From: Spirochaetia bacterium
GTDB lineage: Bacteria; Spirochaetota; Spirochaetia; DSM-16054; Sediminispirochaetaceae
DNA length: 64,000 bases
Direction of reading: 5' to 3'
Assembly: GCA_034520965.1 (NCBI GenBank)
Contig: JAXHMY010000001.1
Span: 448,001-512,000 of the forward strand
Shown here: positions 13,472 to 23,697 of the stretch, in pieces
Numbering within the stretch: position 1 is the first letter of the stretch
Layout: each line of letters starts with the position of its first letter
Program-made: the position numbers and the translations under genes
Notes under the pieces: model-generated
The model's input: only the letters and a program-made list of their open reading frames with translations
What the model was told of the DNA's origin: nothing
Database searches by the model: none

Positions 13472-13629
13472 GGCAGGTATTGTAGCGAATCCCCCCAATT
13501 CTGGGAATAGATATATCTCTTTATTAAAACAGGTATTATAAATAGTTTGAGTAGCGAGCTCTGAACCTGCATTCGACTTTGCGCTGAGGCCGGTGTACGA
13601 ATCCGTCAAAAAGGGCTACACTCGGCCAT

Positions 13630-14271
13630 ATGCAAGAACAATTATCACGCTCGAAAATACTGCCGTATGAGTGCCTCATTCCCAGTGCCGGCTTATCCCG
13701 CCGCATGGGTGCATGGAAACCACTGCTCGAGTACCATAACCGCCCATTAATCTTTGCTTCGGTGGATAACGCGCTCTCCGCCTGTGAGAGGGTGATATTG
13801 ATAAGCGGACATCGGGCGGAGGAACTCGAAAAGCTGTGTGCAGAGGAATACGCCGGCTCACAGCGGGTAGAGTGCATCCGTAATCCCCAGTATGAGCGGG
13901 GGATGTTCAGCTCAATTCAGGCCGGAGCTGCCCATATTCGCAGCCGGTGGTTTTTTGTTTCCCTGGGTGATATGCCGGAGATCCCGAAGGAGCTGTACTT
14001 CAAATTGGCGGAAATGGCCGCTCAGTCGGAGGAATATGATATTATCCGGCCGGTGTTTCAGGAGCGACCGGCACATCCGGTACTGCTGCGGCGCAGTGTG
14101 GTTAAGAGCATCCGCAGCCTGCCGGCAGATGCGAATATGCAACAGGTGTTTACGCATCATAGTACCCACAGCGGGCAGAAGGTAATGGAGGTTCCGGTAG
14201 ATGAACCGGGCAGCCTATTCGACATCGATTCACCCGCCGATTTAGAACATACCGACCCACAGGAGGAGTAG
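13630..14271 (+). CDS. MobA/MocA-like nucleotidyltransferase
   Basis: SAGLSRRMGAWKPLL, NPQYERGMFSSIQAG, LGDMP, FDIDSPADL. Confidence 0.85.
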   Translation: MQEQLSRSKILPYECLIPSAGLSRRMGAWKPLLEYHNRPLIFASVDNALSACERVILISGHRAEELEKLCAEEYAGSQRVECIRNPQYERGMFSSIQAGAAHIRSRWFFVSLGDMPEIPKELYFKLAEMAAQSEEYDIIRPVFQERPAHPVLLRRSVVKSIRSLPADANMQQVFTHHSTHSGQKVMEVPVDEPGSLFDIDSPADLEHTDPQEE

Positions 14272-14273
14272 CT

Positions 14274-15383
14274 ATGCAATTGGAGCCATTTAAACTCGAA
14301 CGCTTTTTTGCCGAATATGAGTTCAATGTGGAGTATCAGATGAGCGCCTCCGACTGTGAATCGATGAGCGTGGGTGAACTGCTGTCATACGACACAAGCG
14401 CCACTTCCCTCGGCGGGCTGGAACAACTTCAGCTGGGTTATAGCGAATCAAAGGGTGCGCCTCAGCTGCGGGAGGCCGTCAGTCGTTTATATTCACAAAT
14501 TTCCCCGGAGGGGGTGTTAATTGCCGCCCCGGAAGAATTGATTTTTCTGTTTCTCAGCGCACATCTTGCAAAAGACGACCATGTAGTTATTACTACCCCC
14601 GCCTATCAATCCCTCACGGAGATCCCACGTTCCCTCGGCTGCCGAGTGAGCACATGGCCGGTGGAGCTGCGGGAAGGTCGTTGGCAGCTTGATTTTAATT
14701 ATTTAGAGCGGGAATTAAGCGATTCAACTAAAATGGTGATCGTGAATATTCCCCACAATCCGACCGGTATGGCGTTTACTGAAGCAGAGAAAAGACGCTT
14801 AACGGAAATTTTGAGGCGACATGGAACGCTGCTGCTGGCAGACGAGATGTACTGGCAGCTGGAATATGCTGATGAAGTTTCTTCCACCCCCTTCTGCGAC
14901 TTGTACGAGAAGGCAGTCAGCCTTTCCGGTCTTTCTAAGGCCTACGGTCTGCCTGGTCTGCGAATCGGCTGGTTAGCCGGCCAATCGAGTGAGCTGTTAG
15001 AGCCGGCGGCCCAACTAAAGGACTATACCACCATCTGTAATTCCGCCCCCTCGGAGTTTCTCGCTTTGATTGCGGTTCAGAACAGCCCACAATTAGTAGG
15101 GCGGTGCCGAGGAATCATAGCCGAAAACCTAGCCTTGCTCAGCACACTGGCCAAAGACCATCCGCTTCAAATAGAGCTGCTGCCCGGACAGGGCGGGTCA
15201 ATTCTATTTCCTCGCTTTATCGACGGCCGGTCTGCCGAGAAGGCTTCACAGCAACTTATTAAAAAACAGAACCTCCTGATGCTTCACGGACCACTGTTCG
15301 ACATGCCGGACAACTATTTTAGAGTTGGATTAGGACGTACAAGTTTTGCCCAGGCATTAAACAAATTCGAGGATATATTATGA
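14274..15383 (+). CDS. PLP-dependent aminotransferase class I/II
   Basis: PHNPTG, ADEMY, SGLSKAYGLPGLRIGW. Confidence 0.9.
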   Translation: MQLEPFKLERFFAEYEFNVEYQMSASDCESMSVGELLSYDTSATSLGGLEQLQLGYSESKGAPQLREAVSRLYSQISPEGVLIAAPEELIFLFLSAHLAKDDHVVITTPAYQSLTEIPRSLGCRVSTWPVELREGRWQLDFNYLERELSDSTKMVIVNIPHNPTGMAFTEAEKRRLTEILRRHGTLLLADEMYWQLEYADEVSSTPFCDLYEKAVSLSGLSKAYGLPGLRIGWLAGQSSELLEPAAQLKDYTTICNSAPSEFLALIAVQNSPQLVGRCRGIIAENLALLSTLAKDHPLQIELLPGQGGSILFPRFIDGRSAEKASQQLIKKQNLLMLHGPLFDMPDNYFRVGLGRTSFAQALNKFEDIL

Positions 15384-16056
15384 ATGAAAATATACAACGG
15401 TACTACAAGAAAACTGATCTTCCCCAGGCCCTTCGAGAACTCAAGGGGCGCCCGGTAGTCGTATTCGACCTGGAGACTAACGGTCTTTCTAACCGAAGCA
15501 GCGTTTTATCCTGTAGTGCCTTCAAGTTCAGCATCAAGGGCAGGCAGCAGCTCCGGCGGGAAACTCGACCGCTACTCCCAGCCCCCCTGACAATCCCTTC
15601 GTATTCCCCGAGGCAGGCCCCCTGCAGTTAACCGGAGTTTTCGAGCGCTACTACTTCTCCCGCGAGCCGGAGAATATGGGCGCGATCCGGGTAAATGGAC
15701 TGAGCGAGGAGGTAATCCGCAGCCGTCGCGGGAACGAAGCGTGGCCGGACTACTTTTCCGAGGACCAAGAGTTCCTCGATTTCATAAGAGATGCCGGACT
15801 GTTTGTAGCCCACAATATCGATTTTGACGCCCAGTTTGTCCCGTTTCTGTGTGATAAACCCCTGTTCTGCACGATGAAAAGCAACAGCATCGGCAAATAC
15901 CCAAAATTGGCCGAATTAGCCCGCCGATTTAAGATTAGCACCGATGGAGCTCAGCTTCACGGCAGCAGCTACGATACCTACATCACCGCCCTTGTGTTTA
16001 GTAAAATGGTGGAAGAGGCCCTCCCGGCTTCCAAACAGGGGGAGATGTTTTTTTGA
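15380..16056 (+). CDS. DEDDh 3'-5' exonuclease (DnaQ-like), frameshifted near 15600
   Basis: VFDLETNGL (ExoI), FVAHNIDFD (ExoII), LHGSSYD (ExoIII) in two ORFs. Confidence 0.8.
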
Positions 16057-16070
16057 GCCGGGAGAATACA

Positions 16071-17024
16071 CTAGGAGTAAAACCGAAAATAGTCGGGGCA
16101 CTCACACCTGGCGGTTTCCCAGGCCCCTTGGAAAGCAGCAACTATCGCTTCCGGCAAAGGTCCGGCTTCCGCTCCCTTCATATTATCAGCTAACTGGTCA
16201 ATTGTACTGGCTCCCAGAATCACACCGTCCCCCGCTTCGGCGAACAGCTGCGAATGGTGCAGCATCCACCGCAGGGCTGCATGGGCTATTGATATCTTGT
16301 GTGCAGCGCATTCCTCACCTATCAACTCCAGTGCCTTGAAGGCGCTCTCCTTCCAGAAACGGTCCTGGTAAAAGGGCATCGAAGCAAAGCGGCCGGCTTC
16401 CGGTTTCTTGTTAAAATTGTTGTATTTACCGGTCAATAAACCCCCGGCAAGGGGGTTGTAGGCATAAAACTGCATTCCTAAATCACGGAGTGCGGGAAAC
16501 AGCTCCGGTTCAACCGCTCGAGTAATAGCATTGTACATTCCCTGATAAACCTGCGGCCGGGGCCAGCCGTTCTTTTCGCACAAATAATACACCTTCTCCA
16601 CCAGCCAGGCCGGATAATTACTTAAACCAAGCCGCCGGAACTTTCCTTCCTGATACAATTCCGCACACATACTCAGAGCATCTTCAACCGGGTGGTGCAA
16701 ATCGGGGGCGTGCAGATACAGCAAATCCACGCTTTCTATCTGTAAGCGCTTAAGAGAACTCTCAAAGACCTTACGTACTGAGGGGCCATCCAGCCGGCCG
16801 GTTGTCCGTGGATGAACTTTGGTAGCAATCGATACTCCTGAAACCGTCGACTCTTTCAGCCACTCTCCTATTAATTGCTCAGAGACACCATCGCTATAGA
16901 CAGCTGCGGTGTCCAGACTGGTCCAGCCTGCTGCAGTAAAATGTGTTAGCATTTGGCGGCTTTCCTCCGCATCCGCCCTGGCCCCGAACATCATCGTTCC
17001 GAGAATAAGTTCAACCCTTTCCAT
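16071..17024 (-). CDS. Aldo/keto reductase, AKR7-like
   Basis: LGTMMFG, LDTAAVY, IATK, YLHAPD, YQGMYNAITR, YAYNPLAGGLLTGKY, C-terminal ECPDYFR. Confidence 0.9.
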   Translation of the reverse strand: MERVELILGTMMFGARADAEESRQMLTHFTAAGWTSLDTAAVYSDGVSEQLIGEWLKESTVSGVSIATKVHPRTTGRLDGPSVRKVFESSLKRLQIESVDLLYLHAPDLHHPVEDALSMCAELYQEGKFRRLGLSNYPAWLVEKVYYLCEKNGWPRPQVYQGMYNAITRAVEPELFPALRDLGMQFYAYNPLAGGLLTGKYNNFNKKPEAGRFASMPFYQDRFWKESAFKALELIGEECAAHKISIAHAALRWMLHHSQLFAEAGDGVILGASTIDQLADNMKGAEAGPLPEAIVAAFQGAWETARCECPDYFRFYS

Positions 17025-17048
17025 ACACTATCCCTCTATATCAATTTA

Positions 17049-17058
17049 TTGTATTCAA
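17049..17058. promoter_or_regulatory. Putative GntR operator (TTGTATTCAA)
   Basis: One mismatch to the TTGTATACAA palindrome; lies between the divergent AKR and epimerase genes. Confidence 0.55.
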
Positions 17059-17111
17059 TATTTTGTATTTATGTTATACTTAAACTCATATTATAATTGA
17101 TGGGAGCGAAT

Positions 17112-18041
17112 ATGTACACAGTAATTACCGGTGGATTCGGACATATCGGTTCATGGACAGCGCGTAATATTATCGAGCAGGGTGGGAAGGTGCTGATTTT
17201 AGATACCCGTACTACAGTACCCGATTGTTTGGTTGATTCCCAAGAAAATTTTATTCACCTTGCCTGTGATGTAACCCGATTTGCCGAACTCACAGCTGCA
17301 TTTCAACAGTACCGGGACTCTATTAATGGAATTATTCATACCGTGGGTATCATGGGCGAATTCGTACAGGCGAATCCCCATAGAAACACTGAAATTAATG
17401 TGAACGGATTTCTCAATGTCCTTGAAGCTGCCCGCATTTTCGATATAAAAAAAGTTGCCTATACAAGCACCGGAGCGGTATACGGCGCCATCAAAGGCAT
17501 TGCCTCCGAAACCCAACATATACCCCAACCCGCCGATTTATACAGTGCAACCAAAACCTCGGCGGAGATGATTAGCCTTCAGTACGGAAATACTTTTGAT
17601 ATGGATATAAGAATCGCCCGGGTTTACTTCATCTACGGCCCGGGAAAACTCCCCTCTACCTTCATTAAACTCTATCGTAACACCTTTGGGGTGTTAGAAG
17701 GGCTTGAGGGTTTACAAATGGAGCGAGGATTTGATCAGAAACTCGATTTCACCAATGTACAGGATGCAGCCCGGGGTATTTATCTATTGTACTCCGCGGA
17801 AGAGCTCCAATACCGTGTGTATAATATCGCAACCGGGACGGCATCTTCCGTAGGTGAAGTGGCCGCTCTGGCAGCCGAAATTGCCTCCGGTAATAAGCCG
17901 GCTGAAATAGGCCCTGGAACCCTTATGCCGCGATGTGAAGCACTCTCAATCGACCTTGCCCGTGCGGAGCTGGGATACGAACCGCAGATTTCCCTGGAGG
18001 AGGGGCTGCGAGAATACTATGGATGGATTCAATCTCGTTAG
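17112..18041 (+). CDS. NAD-dependent epimerase/dehydratase (extended SDR)
   Basis: ITGGFGHIG, STGAVYG, YSATK; SD GGGAG before ATG 17112. Confidence 0.88.
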   Translation: MYTVITGGFGHIGSWTARNIIEQGGKVLILDTRTTVPDCLVDSQENFIHLACDVTRFAELTAAFQQYRDSINGIIHTVGIMGEFVQANPHRNTEINVNGFLNVLEAARIFDIKKVAYTSTGAVYGAIKGIASETQHIPQPADLYSATKTSAEMISLQYGNTFDMDIRIARVYFIYGPGKLPSTFIKLYRNTFGVLEGLEGLQMERGFDQKLDFTNVQDAARGIYLLYSAEELQYRVYNIATGTASSVGEVAALAAEIASGNKPAEIGPGTLMPRCEALSIDLARAELGYEPQISLEEGLREYYGWIQSR

Positions 18042-18048
18042 TCTGTGC

Positions 18049-18696
18049 TTAGTCCTCTGAGGTACACTGCTGTTTGAGAACTTCCTTCGATTTCAGGTGG
18101 TGTTGGATAATCATTTCCTGTGCAAGAAAACCGTCGCGGTCCTTGATTGCATTTACAATGGAGTGATGCTCTTCAAGGGTCTCCTCAGGAGCCCGGATTA
18201 AGCCTTTCTGATAGCTGCGGATAATATAGGCATAACTCATGTTCATATCCTGCATAATCCGGTTGGCGGAATATTTGACAATTGTGGAATGGAAGTGCTT
18301 GTCCTCTTGGGCATATCGCTTTTTATCATCTTCAGAAAAAGGAAGCCGGAAGCCCTCAAAAAAACCGGCTAAATGCTGCAGCTCTTCTTCGCACCCGTTT
18401 TCAATGCACAAGCGAATAGCAATCCCTTCCAATCCGGCACGCACTGCATATAGATCCTGCATCTCTTTGCAATCGAAAACTTTTACAAAAAAACCGTAGC
18501 GACTCTGCTGTTCAATAAATTTTTCTCCCACTAAGCGGGATATTGCAGCATTTATGGGTGTTAGGCTTACTCCCAAACGTTCAACTAATTCATTCTTATT
18601 AATTTTTTGCCCTGGCGGTAGATCTCCACCAAGAATCATATCCCGAATTCCTTCGTACACATGATCACTCAGAATAGTATTTTCGATTTTCGGCAT
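18049..18696 (-). CDS. GntR/FadR-family regulator (FCD domain)
   Basis: N-terminal wHTH (LPPGQKIN..LGVSLTPI) and FCD (DKHFH, EEHHSIV). Confidence 0.9.
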   Translation of the reverse strand: MPKIENTILSDHVYEGIRDMILGGDLPPGQKINKNELVERLGVSLTPINAAISRLVGEKFIEQQSRYGFFVKVFDCKEMQDLYAVRAGLEGIAIRLCIENGCEEELQHLAGFFEGFRLPFSEDDKKRYAQEDKHFHSTIVKYSANRIMQDMNMSYAYIIRSYQKGLIRAPEETLEEHHSIVNAIKDRDGFLAQEMIIQHHLKSKEVLKQQCTSED

Positions 18697-18721
18697 TTTA
18701 CTTATTCCCCTTACTCTCTAC

Positions 18722-19360
18722 TTATGCAAATGAATTGGCTATTATTTCCCGTGAGCTGCTAAGGTGACTGTGCATAGCTTTTTCAGCTGTATCACCGTCG
18801 CCGGATTTGATTGCATCAAATAAATGTTCATGCTCATCAATACTCACATGATAATCCTTAGGAAACCCTTCCAGGTTGGCAATAACAATAATATTAAATG
18901 AAGATGCCATCTGGTACAAAAAATGGTTTCCGCTCGTTTTCATTATCTCCATGTGGATTTTATAATCTGCTTCAGTTATATGGCCGATATCGTCCTTTTC
19001 TGAGGCTGCTCGAAACTCCTCAAGGCGACTGCGCAGCTCTTCAATATGTTCTTTTGTGGCATTCTCAGCTGCTTTTCTGGCCCCTAACGGCTCCATGCGG
19101 ACCCGTATATCGTAGATATCCAGCAGTTCTTTCTTCGAAAAATGCCGCACATAGGCCCCTTTACGGGGTAGGATTTCAATCAGCATCTCACGCTCAAGCT
19201 TAGAAAACGCTGTTAATAAGGGCGTTCTTGAAACTCCAAGTTGTTCAGCAAGTTTTTCCTGTTGGAGTTTCTGTCCGCTTTTCAGTTCTCCCCGTAAGAT
19301 CATATCCTTCAGAGCTTTGTACACTTTCAGCGGTAAATCTTCATACTGGAGTTTTTCCAT
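18722..19360 (-). CDS. GntR/FadR-family regulator (FCD domain)
   Basis: LKSGQKLQQEKLAEQLGVSRTP, EHEHLFDAIKSGD. Confidence 0.9.
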   Translation of the reverse strand: MEKLQYEDLPLKVYKALKDMILRGELKSGQKLQQEKLAEQLGVSRTPLLTAFSKLEREMLIEILPRKGAYVRHFSKKELLDIYDIRVRMEPLGARKAAENATKEHIEELRSRLEEFRAASEKDDIGHITEADYKIHMEIMKTSGNHFLYQMASSFNIIVIANLEGFPKDYHVSIDEHEHLFDAIKSGDGDTAEKAMHSHLSSSREIIANSFA

Positions 19361-19390
19361 GGAACCTACCTGTGGATTAATATTTTGATA

Positions 19391-19400
19391 TTGTATGCAA
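19391..19400. promoter_or_regulatory. Putative GntR operator (TTGTATGCAA)
   Basis: Directly upstream of the GntR pair; one mismatch to the palindrome. Confidence 0.55.
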
Positions 19401-19468
19401 AAATAAGCTGAATGTAAAGGAAAGCGGACCTTTTAAGGGCCTTACATTTCTCTCCGCGTGTCTTTGCT

Positions 19469-20293
19469 TTATTCTTCTATTCTTAGTATTCGCCGGGCAG
19501 TTCTTGTATCTGCGATGGTATAACCCAGCAACTCAATATATTTCCGTACCGGCTTCACCAACTCAGCATTATAGGCGGCCTTCCTTCCGTAAACATCCAC
19601 CGGACTGTCTTCAAATCCTACCCGTATCCAGGCCGCACCTAGCGACAGAGCAGTAGCAATCAGTTTGGGGTTGGTTTTTCCATGCAGCATCAACCCCCAT
19701 ACAGCGTCCTCCGGCATAAGTTGTGTCGCCATAAAGATAAAGCGCGGGTCTAGTGGTATTGCACCGGGAATACCCATACACAAGCCAAAGCGTGGCGGCG
19801 GGGCAAGCAGCCCCTCATCAATGAGCTGTATGGTATTTGTTACCATAGTCAGCGAAAACAGCTCAAGTTCTGGTACAACACTTCTGTTCTTCATTTCACT
19901 GGCCCAATACCGGATATCGCTTGGAGAGTTTATATACACCCCGTCGAAGAAATTAGTGGAACCCATATTCAGTGAGGCCATTTCGATCAGATCGCTTTGC
20001 AGTACTACACAGCGTTCCTTTGCTGTTAACCCCTTCACCCCGCCGGTGGACCCTTGTACCACAACATCACAATTTTTTTGAATTGCTTCGACAGTGGCGT
20101 TGAACACCTCCATATCAGTGGAGGCTTCACCGCGCTCATTCCGCACATGCAGGTGAACCATCGCGGCCCCTTCATTTACACATTGTTCTACCTCATTAGC
20201 TATTTTAGAAGGGGTAAGCAGGGGGACATTCTCCGAGTTTTCCCAGAACCCGACCGGCGCTAATGATATTATTATTGGCCGTTTTACATGCAT
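19469..20293 (-). CDS. Beta-keto acid cleavage enzyme family (BKACE/DUF849, Kce-like)
   Basis: GAAMVHLHVR, STGG, ASLNMGSTNF, PELE, RVGFED. Confidence 0.9.
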   Translation of the reverse strand: MHVKRPIIISLAPVGFWENSENVPLLTPSKIANEVEQCVNEGAAMVHLHVRNERGEASTDMEVFNATVEAIQKNCDVVVQGSTGGVKGLTAKERCVVLQSDLIEMASLNMGSTNFFDGVYINSPSDIRYWASEMKNRSVVPELELFSLTMVTNTIQLIDEGLLAPPPRFGLCMGIPGAIPLDPRFIFMATQLMPEDAVWGLMLHGKTNPKLIATALSLGAAWIRVGFEDSPVDVYGRKAAYNAELVKPVRKYIELLGYTIADTRTARRILRIEE

Positions 20294-20426
20294 ATGCGCT
20301 CCTCTTACTGGCGGGTTATGTGTTTCTATATGAGCATTAACCTTAAAACCGAAACATAGGGAGCCGGGCTTCTCTCTTCTCACCCAGCTCCTTGTTCAAA
20401 TATTGATTTAATTGTTCATTCAACTT

Positions 20427-20975
20427 TCAGTCGGCAGTGTTATTTTGCTGCTGACTATTACTTATTAGTTGAATTAACTCTCTAAAAATAACTCCCACCG
20501 CCTGTAGTAGCATCAAAACGCCACCGCTAATCAATGACAATCTGGGCCAAAAATTATCGAATGTACCACTCGGACTGATCATACCTTTACCGAAAGCCGC
20601 AAACTGATAACCATACACAATGAGGTAATAAAGAAAGAAAATGATTAAAAGATGAACAACAATAGAAAGTGTATGGCGCGCAGCGGGAAGTTTTAATATA
20701 TCCAGAAGATATGAAACCCGAATATGGCGGTCCGTACGAATACATACACTACTACCCCATAATGTCAGATATGCAAGCAAGAATCCGGCAAACTCCTCTA
20801 TCCAGATTATCGGAAGCTGTACAACGTATCTCATTACCACTTGAACATTAAGCAATACAAACAGTCCTCCAAAAATAATAACTATGGCTATCTGTACCAT
20901 TTTGTCCACTATATCGATTACCTTATCAACAGAGTAAAATGATTTTTTTAGTGCTTCAATATTTTGATTTTTCAT
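20427..20975 (-). CDS. TRAP transporter small permease (DctQ)
   Basis: QVVMRYV, WIEE, HIRVSYL; four hydrophobic segments. Confidence 0.88.
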   Translation of the reverse strand: MKNQNIEALKKSFYSVDKVIDIVDKMVQIAIVIIFGGLFVLLNVQVVMRYVVQLPIIWIEEFAGFLLAYLTLWGSSVCIRTDRHIRVSYLLDILKLPAARHTLSIVVHLLIIFFLYYLIVYGYQFAAFGKGMISPSGTFDNFWPRLSLISGGVLMLLQAVGVIFRELIQLISNSQQQNNTAD

Positions 20976-22268
20976 AATCGCATTCCTAATGTTCTGGGAA
21001 GAAATTCTGATAACTGCGGAACAGCCAGTACGAGTATTGCAATAACTATAAGCCCAAGAATATAAGGCCAACCTCGTTTAGTTATACCTTCTACTTTCAG
21101 ATTACCAATTAGCGCTGTAGTCAAAAGCGTGCCTCCTACAGGAGGGGTTAAATGCCCAATTCCAAGAGCCATAATAATACTCATTCCGGTGTGCACCGAA
21201 CTAAAACCGAAGTGTGTCATAAGGATCGGAGCAATGATGGGAGTAAATAAGAGTACATTCGTTGTTCGGTCCACAAACATCCCTGCGACAATTAGCGTTA
21301 TGAGTATCAATGCCAATAGGACAATCGGATTATCGGAAAATCCTAGAATCTCCGACATTAAACGGGCAGGAATATTTCGGCGCGCTACAATATATGAGAA
21401 AGCCCTGGCTAATCCAGTCAGTATCACAATTGCCGCCGTAGTACGAGCACTCGATAAGAAAACTTCGTAAAGTTCTTTCCATCGCACTGTCTTATAGACA
21501 AAAACAGATATTATCAGAGCATACAACGCTGCTACCGCCGAAGCCTCAGTGGCAGTAAAAAAACCGCCAAGAATACCACCAATGATAATTGCCGGCATTG
21601 CCAGGGGAATTATTGCCTTCTTTAGAGCTGATAACACCGTCTTAAGGCTATCCCGTTTGCGTGATGTATAGCTATACACTTTTTTACAAATTAAGTAGGT
21701 AGTTATCATCTGAGTTATAGCCAACAGCAGACCAATAGTGAGCCCCGCCGCAAACAAACTTCCAATCGAAACCCCAAAGGTAGCTCCGTATACGACCAAC
21801 ACTATACTAGGCGGCAACAGCGGCGAGAGAACTGCAGAGGCAGCCGTAAGCGCTCCTGCAAAATCTTCATCGTATCCCTCTTTTTTCATTGCCGGTATCA
21901 GCACAGAGCCGATTGCAGCAACATCCGCGTGGGCTGAGCCCGATATTCCTGCAAAAAAAAGACTCACAAGCACATTGACCTGAGCAAGACCACCTACAAA
22001 ATGTCCTACTAGGGTTTTAGCTAAATTGATAAGTCTTTCAGTAATCCCTCCTCGAGTCATTAAATTACCGGCCAGCATAAACATAGGCACCGCCAAAAAT
22101 GAAAAACTAGTTAAGCCCCGAAATGTCTGCTGAAACAGTACTATAAGAGCGGTATCTCTTCCTGCCTCAAAGAGAGTGCAGTAACATGGAAACACCAAGC
22201 GCTCCAAAAACAGGAACACTTAGAATAATAAGTAGAACAAGGCCGATCAACATCCATAAAACAACCAC
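20972..22268 (-). CDS. TRAP transporter large permease (DctM), N-terminal frameshift near 22170
   Basis: FLAVPMFMLAG, FAGISGSA, LLPPSI, FTATEAS, LTPPVG. Confidence 0.9.
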
Positions 22269-22314
22269 AACAGCTACCTACCCCTTCTTCATATAACTAA
22301 AGTATCTATTATCA

Positions 22315-22343
22315 ATACGGAGGTTGCCCGGCAACCTCCGTAT
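22315..22343. terminator. Hairpin between dctP and dctM
   Basis: ATACGGAGGTTGC-CCG-GCAACCTCCGTAT, perfect 13-bp stem. Confidence 0.6.
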
Positions 22344-22374
22344 ATTCAAGTCCAAATTGTATAAGCCAGCTCAG

Positions 22375-23475
22375 CTAATCGATATACTTTGATAGTTGGT
22401 CTTTTTCAGACTCAATCTCTGCCATATCAAGATTATCTTTTACCCGATCAACCGCTTCAAAGGTTTTGTCCATATACTCCTGAGGTACGATATCTGAAAG
22501 CAGCTCCGTTCCTACGCGCACGCCAACTTCTCGCCATTCGCCTTTTTCCTGGGAAGTCGGTTCATAGATAACCTTATCAGCATCTTTCATAAGCTGCAGA
22601 GATTCGCCCTCGGAAATCTGAACACCTACACTCTGCACCTTAGCTGCAAGAGCCCCGGCCTCATCGATAACTTCCTGGAATTCAGGTGATAATGATTCAT
22701 AGAAATCATTGTTGATAACATAATAGTGGTGGTCAAACATGTGACCAGTTAAAGTAACATAATCACATATCTCAAGCAATCCAGCTGGCCATGCCGAGGC
22801 CAATCCACCTTCGGTGCCGTCCATCAATCCCGATTGTAATGCAGAATAGCGTTCCGACGCTGAAATAGAGACAATCGCTGGTGCGCCAAGTGCATCCCAC
22901 AAATTTACATACATTGGAATTTGAGGAACCCGCATTTTTATGTTGTACTTCTCAAGATCAGCAGGTACCTTAACGGGACCGCGTACTGTGTACAGATTAC
23001 GAATAGAATTTTCTGCACCTCCTAAAAGGCGGATTTTATTGTTTGAATTTTCTAACCAGTAATTCTGGACATATTTCAAGTATTCAGGATCCTCGAAAAG
23101 CTCCCACCCAATATATCGATTCTCAAAAAGAAACGGCATATTAGTCATTTGAACTTCCGGAACCTCTCCAGAAAGAGAACCAGTAGTAGCATTAAACACC
23201 TCAACTTCTCCAAGTACCAGCTGTTCAATTACATCCCGGTCACCTCCAAGGGCATCCCATGGCAAAACTGTTACTGTAATAACACCATCTGTTTCTCGCT
23301 CAACATGTTCCTTAAATGCCGCAGCAGCAGCTTTGGTATAAGAAAAGTTTTGGTCTACGTACGTAATCTCACGCTTTTCCACTACCTCTTCGGCTGACTC
23401 CTCAGCCGAACCGCCTGCCATTACTAAGCTCGCCGCAATCACCATAAACACCACTAAAAATAAAAAACGTTTCAT
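22375..23475 (-). CDS. TRAP substrate-binding protein (DctP)
   Basis: Signal peptide with a spirochaete-like AGGSAE start; KMRVP with the conserved Arg; YSALQSGLMDG. Confidence 0.9.
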   Translation of the reverse strand: MKRFLFLVVFMVIAASLVMAGGSAEESAEEVVEKREITYVDQNFSYTKAAAAAFKEHVERETDGVITVTVLPWDALGGDRDVIEQLVLGEVEVFNATTGSLSGEVPEVQMTNMPFLFENRYIGWELFEDPEYLKYVQNYWLENSNNKIRLLGGAENSIRNLYTVRGPVKVPADLEKYNIKMRVPQIPMYVNLWDALGAPAIVSISASERYSALQSGLMDGTEGGLASAWPAGLLEICDYVTLTGHMFDHHYYVINNDFYESLSPEFQEVIDEAGALAAKVQSVGVQISEGESLQLMKDADKVIYEPTSQEKGEWREVGVRVGTELLSDIVPQEYMDKTFEAVDRVKDNLDMAEIESEKDQLSKYID

Positions 23476-23524
23476 AAACGCCTCCTTTTAATTTCCTTTT
23501 GCATTGAATTTTACATATAATATA

Positions 23525-23534
23525 TTGTATACAA
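23525..23534. promoter_or_regulatory. Putative GntR operator (TTGTATACAA)
   Basis: Perfect palindrome 50 bp upstream of dctP. Confidence 0.65.
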
Positions 23535-23667
23535 AAAGAATTGATAAAATCAATTTTACCACAGAAAACTGGATTGTCAATGCTTGTTAAACAATTATTA
23601 AACAATTTGTCATAACCTTTTTTATGCAACCTTACTTTATTGACAGTTGCTGTATATTGTGTTATAT

Positions 23668-23683
23668 ATTTTGTATACAAAAT
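23668..23683. promoter_or_regulatory. Putative GntR operator (ATTTTGTATACAAAAT)
   Basis: Perfect 16-bp palindrome just upstream of the isomerase-transketolase operon. Confidence 0.7.
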
Positions 23684-23697
23684 CGAAAGGAAGTCAA

